DNA of 64,000 nt, from positions 402,938,001 to 403,002,000 of the forward strand of contig OZ024741.1 of the NCBI GenBank assembly GCA_964016885.1. The letters run 5' to 3'. Origin of the DNA: Eledone cirrhosa. Lineage: Eukaryota. The notes below the pieces were generated by a model. It made no database searches. It had not been told where the DNA came from and saw only the letters and a program-made list of their open reading frames with translations. How positions within the stretch are numbered: position 1 is the stretch's first letter; every line of letters starts with the position of its first letter. Shown one piece after another: positions 53,801-62,022 of this stretch. The translations under genes were made by a program, and so were the position numbers.

Positions 53801-55922
53801 GTAGTTTTAATGGGGTTGGTATCACTAGTGTTAATATAGTACTGTTTGGTGGTAGGTTGGTATCACTGGTGTTAATATAGTAGTTTTAATGGGGTTGGTA
53901 TCACTAGTGTTAATATAGTACTGCTTGGTGGTAGGTTGGTATCAGTAGTGTTAATATAGTACTGTTTGGTGGTGGTAGGTTGGTATCACTAGTGTTAATA
54001 TAGTACTGTTGGTAGTAGGTTGGTATTACTAGCGTTAATATAGTACTGTTTGGTAGAAGGTTGGTATTACTAGTGTTAATATAGTACTGTTTGGTGGTAG
54101 TTGGTATCACTAGTGTTAATATAGTACTGTTTGGTGGTAGTTGGTATCAGTAGTGTAAATATAGTACTGTTTGGTGGTAGTTGGTATCACTAGTGTTAAT
54201 ATAGTATTGCTTGGTGGTGGTAGGTTGGTATCAGTAGTGTTAATATAGTACTGTTGGTGATAGGTTGGTATCACTAGTGTTAATATAGTACTGTCTGGTG
54301 ATAGGTTGGTATCACTAGTGTTAATATAGTACTGTCTGGTGATAGGTTGGTATCACTAGTGTTAATATAGTACTGTTTGGTGGTAGGTTGGTATCAATGC
54401 TTGGTGGTGGTAGGTTGGTATCACTAGTGTTAATATAGTACTGTCTGGTGGTAGGTTGGTATCACTAGTGTTAATATAGTACTGTCTGGTGATAGGTTGG
54501 TATCACTAGTGTTAATATAGTACTGTTTGGTGGTAGGTTGGTATCAATGCTTGGTGGTGGTAGGTTGGTATCACTAGTGTTAATATAGTACTGTCTGGTG
54601 GTAGGTTGGTATCACTAGTGTTAATATAGTACTGTCTGGTGATAGGTTGGTATCACTAGTGTTAATATAGTACTGTTTGGTGGTAGGTTGGTATCAATGC
54701 TTGGTGGTGGTAGGTTGGTATCACTAGTGTTAATATAGTACTGTCTGGTGGTAGGTTGGTATCACTAGTGTTAATATAGTACTGTTTGGTGGTAGGTTGG
54801 TATCACCAGTGTTAATATAGTAGTTTTAATGGGGTTGGTATCAATAGTGTTAATATAGTACTGTTTGTTGGTAGTTGGTATCACTGGTGTTAATATAGTA
54901 TTGTTTGGTGGTGCTAGGTTGGTATCACTAGTGTTAATATAGTACTGTTTGGTAGTAGGTTGGTATTAGTAGTGTTAATATAGTACTGTTTGGTGGTAGG
55001 TTGGTATTAATAGTGTTAATATAGTACTGTTTGGTGGTAGTTGGTATCACTGGTGTTAATATAGTACTGTTTGGTGGTGGTAGGTTGGTATCACTCGTGT
55101 TAATATAGTACTGTTTGGTGGTAAGTTGGTATCGCTAGTGTTAATATAGTACTGTTTGGTGGTAGGTTGGTATCACTGGTGTTACTATAGTACTGTTTCG
55201 TGGTAGGTTGGTATTAATAGTGTTACTATAGTACTGTTTAGTGGTAGGTTGGTATTAGTAGTGTTAATATAGTACTGTTTGGTGGTAGTTGGTATCACTG
55301 GTGTTAATATAGTATTATTTGGTGGTGGTAGGTTGGTATCACTAGTGTTAATATAGTACTGTTTGGTGGTGGAAGGTTGGTATCACTAGTTTTAATATAG
55401 TACTGTTTGGTGGTAAGTTGGTATCACTAGTGTTAATATAGTACTGTTTGGTGGTGGAAGGTTGGTATCACTCGTGTTAATATAGTACTGTTTGGTGGTA
55501 AGTTGGTATCACTAGTGTTAATATAGTACTGTTTGGTGGTAGGTTGGTATTACTAGTGTTAATATAGTACTGTTTGGTGGTAAGTTGGTATCACTAGTGT
55601 TAATATAGTACTGTTTGGTGGTAAGTTGGTATCGCTAGTGTTAATATAGTACTGTTTGGTGGTAAGTTGGTATCACTAGTGTTAATATAGTACTGTTTGG
55701 TGGTAGTAGGTTAGTATCACTGGTGTTAATATAGTACTGTTTGGTGGTAAGTTGGTATCACTAGTGTTAATATAGTACTGTTTGGTGGTAGGTTGGTATT
55801 ACTAGTGTTAATATAGTACTGTTTGGTGGTAAGTTGGTATCACTAGTGTTAATATAGTAGTTTGGTGTTAGGTTGGTATCACTAGTGTTAATATAGTACT
55901 GTTTGGTGTTAGGTTGGTATTA
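47845..55922 (+). repeat. 40-44-bp tandem satellite, consensus GTTGGTATCACTAGTGTTAATATAGTACTGTTTGGTGGTAG
   Basis: Length varies through the (GGT)n/G segment. Local higher-order blocks: ~1245-bp duplication, 81-bp dimer (51290-52100), 246-bp and 150-bp units. Confidence 0.98.
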
Positions 55923-56020
55923 AGGAATATTATTTATTTTCAGAGAAAAAAATTTACCCTCAAGTTATTTTTCCAAGAAAATAAATAATTCTAAGCAATG
56001 TTTTTCTTTCTAAATTCCAG

Positions 56021-56122
56021 TGTTTTCCTACAAGACGGCGTTGGTTGCTTATCGGAATTATCATCATTTTGGCATTGACAGCTTTGGTCTTAGGAATATG
56101 TTCATCAGATAAATCTTGCTAA
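56021..56122 (+). CDS. Candidate terminal exon encoding a C-terminal transmembrane anchor ([33 protein letters not shown])
   Basis: Pyrimidine tract TTTTTCTTTCTAAATTCCAG acceptor (AG 56019-20). Phase-0 reading gives basic RRR, a 19-residue hydrophobic stretch, a short polar tail and TAA at 56120-2. Confidence 0.55.
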   Translation, partial: CFPTRRRWLLIGIIIILALTALVLGICSSDKSC

Positions 56123-56182
<60 letters not shown>

Positions 56183-56458
56183 AATATATATATAAATTTA
56201 TATATATAAATATATATAAATATATATATAAATATATATATAAATATATATAAATATATATATACATATATATTTTATATTGCAGTTCATACACTTGAAA
56301 TGTATGCCTGACCTGAGCTATTGGGTTCTAGTTATAGCTACCACTGTATAGTGGAGGAGTTCTACAACTGGCCTCTCTCATCAAATACACATATGCATAT
56401 ACATACATCCATATATATATATATATGTGTGTGTGTGATTGTATATGTACATATGTAT

Positions 56459-56489
<31 letters not shown>

Positions 56490-57355
56490 CAGGGTGTGGA
56501 CGATATCTGTTCGCAATTTTTAACTGCTAATTTTATGCAAATTATTTTTACTTCCTTTGTCACTCTTGTCTTCATAAAAACAGTGACTATATTTCCATTA
56601 TTTATTTTCAGAATAATTGATTATGAATAATTTTGAACCTCCAAATTTGTGGAAGAGACTTGGAATCCATGCCGGGAGGACAAATAAGGACCAGAACAAC
56701 AGGTGGCTTGCTGTCTCATCCAAAGACGTGCCCAGAGTCATGAAGACAAAGTTTCCAGTGACAACATTGGTCTTAAGTGTCGTCAGCAGTCAAGGTGACG
56801 TCATGCCACCTCACTTCTTCCCTGAGGGCCTCAAGCTGAACACCGATGGCTACATCCGCGTTCTGAGCGAGGTAGTAAAGCCCTGGATCGACCAGGTAGC
56901 TGCAAGTAGGCCGTACATGTAGCAGCAAGACTCAGCGCCCTGCCATACCAGCCAAAAGACCCAAGCCTGGCTGTCAGAGAACTTCGTCAACCACACTTGA
57001 CCTGACATCTGGCCTCCCAGCTCGCCTGACTGCAACCCCCTCGACTTCTTTGTGTGGGGCGCAGTGGAACAAGACACCAACAGATCTAGCTGCAATACGA
57101 AAGACGATCTGAAGGCCAGGATCACAAGTGCCTTTAGGGGCCTATGTCAGGAGACAGTGACGAAGGCCTGTAGCCAGTTCTGAGGCCACCTTGAGGCTGT
57201 CATCAAAGCCAATGGTGGGTTTATCGAGTGAGATCGAAAGAACAAGTCATGAAGACAAACTGACCCAAGTTTGATAAATATATCTTAAAAAATATAACTA
57301 CCGTGTTACTTTTTCCTAGACAGTAATCTTGCGAACAAATATCGTCTGCACCCTG
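56490..57355 (+). mobile_element. Internally deleted Tc1/mariner element, maT (DD37D) type
   Basis: TIRs CAGGGTGTGGACGATATCTGTTCGCAA / TTGCGAACAAATATCGTCTGCACCCTG with TA flanks. Catalytic region QQDSAPCH...WPPSSPDCNPLDFFVWG has 37 residues between the Ds, with in-frame stops; N-terminal half missing. Confidence 0.93.
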
Positions 57356-57431
57356 TATATATATATATATTATATATATATATGTATATGTATATATACA
57401 TATATGTATACATACATATATATATACATAC

Positions 57432-57461
<30 letters not shown>

Positions 57462-57464
<3 letters not shown>

Positions 57465-57653
57465 GGAACAAGTAGGACCCGACGGCTGAACTCAAGCCGT
57501 TTCGACGGCTAATTCTGAGTCCAGAATTAGTCTTTGAAACGGCTTGAGCTCAGCCGTTGGGGTCCTACTTGTTCCTATTACCCACTCTACTACCCCAAGT
57601 ATTGAATACTTTGGTGCGTTATGGTCCATCTGGTTCCTTACCACATTTCCTTC

Positions 57654-57657
<4 letters not shown>
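57462..57657 (+). repeat. ~117-nt near-perfect hairpin plus ~80-nt tail (family shared with 58925-59167)
   Basis: ATAGGAACAAGTAGGACCCCGACGGCTGA...TCAGCCGTTGGGGTCCTACTTGTTCCTAT, then tail GGTGCGTTATGGTCCA. Confidence 0.85.
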
Positions 57658-57719
<62 letters not shown>

Positions 57720-57873
57720 AAAGTTAGGGTTTTTTTCAAAATGAAAAAAAATCGAGGTGTCCTACATGAGTGAAAGTATAAGGAAAAAAGATGAAATCGA
57801 AAAGGCAACTGGAGTATTTTTAAGAATATTTATTTGTCCCCTTTACCGGTTTCACAGTTACATTTTCGATTTC

Positions 57874-57904
<31 letters not shown>

Positions 57905-58075
57905 TGAGTTAAGAATTTAGAGTAGTCCCTTACAATTTTTCACCCAAGCAAATTTTAGTCCTTACGATTCGAACACATGTATGTTTATATTAGTGTTCAT
58001 CTCTCTTGTTTATTCAATTATATAATATATATATATAATATATATATATAATATATATATATATATGTTTATATA

Positions 58076-58292
58076 CAGAGTGAGCGTAAAGTCTTTTTTT
58101 TTTGTCTCATAGATACCATCTTGTCATTACAAATACTTCCTGTAGAAGAGAAAATGTAAAACAAGTTCAGAAATATTTTTATTTAAAATTTAGCTTTGAC
58201 ATAACTAAATTAAAACAATGAAAAAGTAAAATCTCAAATAGTATCCAAGATATGGTATTTTATATTCAGGGAAAGACTTTTTACTTACCCTG
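58076..58292. mobile_element. Tc1/mariner-type MITE
   Basis: TA|CAGAGTGAGCGTAAAGTCTTT ... AAAGACTTTTTACTTACCCTG|TA imperfect TIRs. Confidence 0.65.
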
Positions 58293-58318
58293 TATATACA
58301 TATATATATATATATATA

Positions 58319-58515
58319 CAAGAGGTAGCTCAGAAGTTCATATGCCGACCATGATACTCTCATGGAATGACCAAATGAGGTTTATTTTACAATATAGTCC
58401 TTGGAAAGAAACAATGTGGTTACTAATAAGAAGAGATAAAATTAATGCATACAAGATTTCACAGTGCTAGCATCACTCCTTCATATCAGCCTATGAACTT
58501 TTCAGCTGACCCTTG
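58319..58515. mobile_element. Mariner-type MITE (same family as 47235-47569)
   Basis: TA|CAAGAGGTAGCTCAGAAGTTCATA ... TATGAACTTTTCAGCTGACCCTTG|TA; shared internal CTCTCATGGAATGACCAAATGAGG. Confidence 0.75.
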
Positions 58516-58530
58516 TACATAAATATATAT

Positions 58531-58820
58531 ATATTAAAATATAAATATTAATAAAATAGATGCTCTTTTGATCAATTACATTTTATTATACATATTTTGG
58601 ATGTACAACAGTACGTCCTCATCAGACAAAATACAATGATACATGGTTAAGATTTAATCAAGGTACCTTGATTAAATCTTAACCATTTAACATCTCAGGG
58701 TATGTCATGTATCATTATATTTTGTCTGATGAGGATGTACTGTTGTACATCCGAAATATGTATAATAAAATGTAATTGATAAAAAGAACATCTATTTTAT
58801 TAATATTTATATTTTAATAT
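58531..58820. repeat. Fold-back: ~115-bp inverted arms, each with a hammerhead motif, around a perfect 44-bp palindrome (58643-58686)
   Basis: Arms 58531-58645 / 58706-58820; ATGGTTAAGATTTAATCAAGGT|ACCTTGATTAAATCTTAACCAT. Confidence 0.92.
58719..58771 (+). ncRNA. Minimal type I hammerhead ribozyme, intact core
   Basis: ATTTTGT-CTGATGA-GGATGTAC(TGTT)GTACATCC-GAAA-TATGTA-TA-ATAAAAT. 8-bp stem II and a short, near-palindromic stem III, as in Penelope pLTR hammerheads. The mirror copy on the minus strand (~58580-58632) has GAAA>AAAA. Confidence 0.8.
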
Positions 58821-58924
58821 TAATAACTCCGGAAAATTATTTTTCCGTAGAGTGCTTCCAATCTACTGTAAAACTCATTCTTTGACATACTCATTGAATA
58901 TTGTTTAACACTTTAATATATATA

Positions 58925-59167
58925 TAACAAAGAAAGTGTGGTAAGATACCAGGTGGACCATAACGCACCAGAGTACTCAATACTTAGGGTAATAAAGTGG
59001 GTAATAGTGAAAGAGTCAGGACCCCGACGGCTGAGCTCCTGCCAGTTCAACAGTTAGATCCTAACTGAGCCAGCAGTATTAGCAGTATATATACTGTTGG
59101 CTTAGGTCAGATCTAGCTGTTAAAATGGCAGGAGCTCAGCTGTCGGGGTCCTGACTCTTTTCCTATT
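58925..59167 (-). repeat. Second hairpin-plus-tail element, inverted relative to 57462-57657
   Basis: Tail TGGACCATAACGCACC; hairpin AAAGAGTCAGGACCCCGACGGCTGAGCTCCTGCCA...TGGCAGGAGCTCAGCTGTCGGGGTCCTGACTCTTT. Confidence 0.85.
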
Positions 59168-59301
59168 CAACCGGAATAACTTACCTATATATATATATAT
59201 ATATATATAGTGAAAAATTGAACGGGAACAAAACAGAGAGGCAGTACGAACAAAGGTTTATTAGTTTCACGCTCTTGAGAGTGGGGTGGTGGTGGCAGGT
59301 T

Positions 59302-59342
<41 letters not shown>

Positions 59343-59346
<4 letters not shown>

Positions 59347-59448
59347 CTGCCAGACAGTCTTATACGAGATATGGTCACCCGACCAATCTTGCTTCAAGTA
59401 GGACAATTCCTGTCTAAACCATACTAGCATGGAAGATAGACGTTAAAC

Positions 59449-59497
<49 letters not shown>
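59343..59497 (+). mobile_element. RTE 3' end with (GAT)n tail
   Basis: CTAGCATGGAAGATAGACGTTAAACGATGATG terminus; close relative at 61262-61419. Confidence 0.75.
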
Positions 59498-59532
<35 letters not shown>

Positions 59533-59695
59533 CATATATATATATACATATATATATATAGTTTTATGTGAATATGGAATTTATAGTGCAACAAATAAGT
59601 CGCAATCTACAATAATTATTCTTGTTTAATTACCATAATTACTAAAGACAGTGCCTGGAATTGTCTTTGGTATTAACTGGAATATTTCTCATTAA

Positions 59696-59888
59696 CCCTT
59701 TCATGACTGCATTTAAATTAATTACTGAAGAATTTTAAGCAATTTACTAAAATTATTAATTATTTCATTACTAAAGTTCTTATATAAAATTTTGTTGAGA
59801 GATTTTATTTTAAATTGGAAACTTTTAAAATGGGTGGTTTTATTTCATAGAATCACAACATGTTTTGGCCAGGTTGGTAACTAAAGGG
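59696..59888. mobile_element. TTAA-type (piggyBac-like) MITE
   Basis: TTAA|CCCTTT ... AAAGGG|TTAA termini with TTAA duplication. Confidence 0.8.
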
Positions 59889-60495
59889 TTAACTGTCTTT
59901 ACATTGGAACTCAGTGATGTTAAAAATGGTGTTTTCTACATGGATTTGTTTATTGAAGCAACAATAAGAGGCTACATTGACCTTAATTAGTTGAGAGTGG
60001 CACTCCAAACCCCAGTTATCATGGTAGTAGTAGTGACAGCAGCGATAATATAATAGCTACCTCCCTGATCACCATTACTGGCACAGAGTTGGCTACCTGC
60101 AGGTGTGACCCTCGGGTGCTGGAATGGCTCTTCCAGCACGTCTCCCTCACCATCCCCCCAGAGAAACGCCTTCTCTATTCTGTCTGCCAGGGCCATGGGA
60201 CAGTCAGTGAGTGGGCCCCCATTTGCTCCCAATAGTGAGAGATGGGGAGAGTGGGAGAGACGGAGGGGGGGGGGGGGTGACAGTGGAAGTTTGGTTCCAT
60301 TGTGTTTAGACCTGGTGTATATATATGTGTATATAAGAGAGAATGAGTCTTTCCCACAGTCAAGAATTAGTGTTGACATATATGAATGGTAAAATAAAAT
60401 AAATTAGAAAAAAGTAAAGTAAAGTAAAAATGAGGCTGGAGATAGTTGGGTATCATCCTTGAAGCCTGTTGCTGCTGTAAACCAATGCATCTGAT

Positions 60496-60776
60496 CAGGG
60501 GCCTCGTTTGCCTTAAAAATGTGAGGGGGACAAACCAACATTTGTTGGTTCTTAAAGGAGCATGTTAGTATTACTTATCGTACCTTTCCTGGACCCTATC
60601 ACAAAAGTAATATTTTACACTAATTAAATTTTGTATATTCAAATGAAGTTCAGATATAAAAGAATAAACTTAAAAAGAATTTATTATATCAAATAAACAA
60701 AAAATAAAATATAGACGTTTGAAAAAGTGGGGGGGGGGGGCTTGTCCCCTGGTACCCCCCTCAAACAAGGCCCTTG
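60496..60776. mobile_element. hAT-type MITE
   Basis: TIRs CAGGGGCCTCGTTTG / CAAACAAGGCCCTTG; 8-bp TSD CATCTGAT (60488-95) / CATCTGAC (60777-84). Confidence 0.8.
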
Positions 60777-61092
60777 CATCTGACACAACAATGTATCTCC
60801 AAGGTCAAACCCTACTGCTGAAGCATCCCTAATTGACCTGGTTCCTCAACATGTAAAAGAAAATCTCAAACAATGGCTTGATGATATAGTGGTGAAACTA
60901 CCTCTGGCTAATAGATAGTAGCCTTGTATATCCAATGTGCTGAAACTGGAAGGTTATTTATTCTAAGTCATATGTCACCGGTGCTTTGAGAAAGCAACAC
61001 CAAGTATCAACCTGAGACATATCAACGAATCAAAACAGCTGGAGCAGTTTTTATTTCTTCTTCATATTTTCTATTTTTTCTGTTCAACTTCT

Positions 61093-61152
61093 AGCTGTCT
61101 GATGAGGTCATAACTGTTACATAACAGTTATGACCAAAATATATATAACAGT
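61093..61152 (+). ncRNA. Type I hammerhead motif with core mutation (GAAA>AAAA)
   Basis: GCTGT-CTGATGA-GGTCATAACTGTTA(CA)TAACAGTTATGACC-AAAA-TATATATA-ACAGT; perfect 14-bp stem II arms, palindromic stem III. Confidence 0.7.
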
Positions 61153-61212
61153 GATTATGAATAAATGAAGTAAATTCTAACCTGTTGACTTGTACTTCAT
61201 GATTATATATAT

Positions 61213-61261
<49 letters not shown>

Positions 61262-61418
61262 AATGTGGTTGTTTTAGGAAGGACATCCAGCCATAGAAAA
61301 CCTGCCAGATAGTCCTATATGAGAGAGACACAGTCACCCGACCAATCTTGCCTCAAATGGGATAATTCTTGTTTAACCCATGCTAGTGTCGAAGATAGAC
61401 ATTAAACGATGATGATGA

Positions 61419-61419
<1 letters not shown>
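61262..61419 (+). mobile_element. RTE 3' end with (GAT)n tail
   Basis: TTAGGAAGGACATCCAGCCATAGAAAACCTGCCAGA...GATAGACATTAAACGATGATG. Confidence 0.75.
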
Positions 61420-61475
<56 letters not shown>

Positions 61476-61482
61476 GTACATG

Positions 61483-61532
<50 letters not shown>

Positions 61533-61591
61533 CATCATCATCATCATCATTTTACGTCCGCTTTTCCCTGCTTGCAAGGAATATATATATG

Positions 61592-61631
<40 letters not shown>

Positions 61632-61649
61632 CATATATATATATATATG

Positions 61650-61680
<31 letters not shown>

Positions 61681-61685
61681 GTATT

Positions 61686-61732
<47 letters not shown>

Positions 61733-61767
61733 GTATATATATATATGTATATATATATATATGTATA

Positions 61768-61822
<55 letters not shown>

Positions 61823-62022
61823 TTATAGTTAGTTTTGCGAGGTTTTTTATATGAAATCGTGTGTCGAAACAGATATTGTTATACTTGGGGAGGGTCATAT
61901 TTGCGTAATATTGCCAGAATTAATAACAGAACACACTCACTGTTTGGTTGGTTTTCGCTTCTCGCTGTCTTTTATTATATCTGCGATCTAACTTACTCGG
62001 TCCTCAATGTTGCCATTGACTG

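Noticed and set aside
48567-54110. Minus-strand Thr-rich repeat ORFs (e.g. 51260-52105)
   Set aside because: Artefact of the satellite; the 81-bp dimer is a multiple of 3
56065-56110. Minus-strand CTGATGA as a hammerhead core
   Set aside because: No stem II or GAAA; the segment is better explained as the + strand TM-encoding exon
61383-61898. YI-repeat ORFs
   Set aside because: (AT)n microsatellite translations
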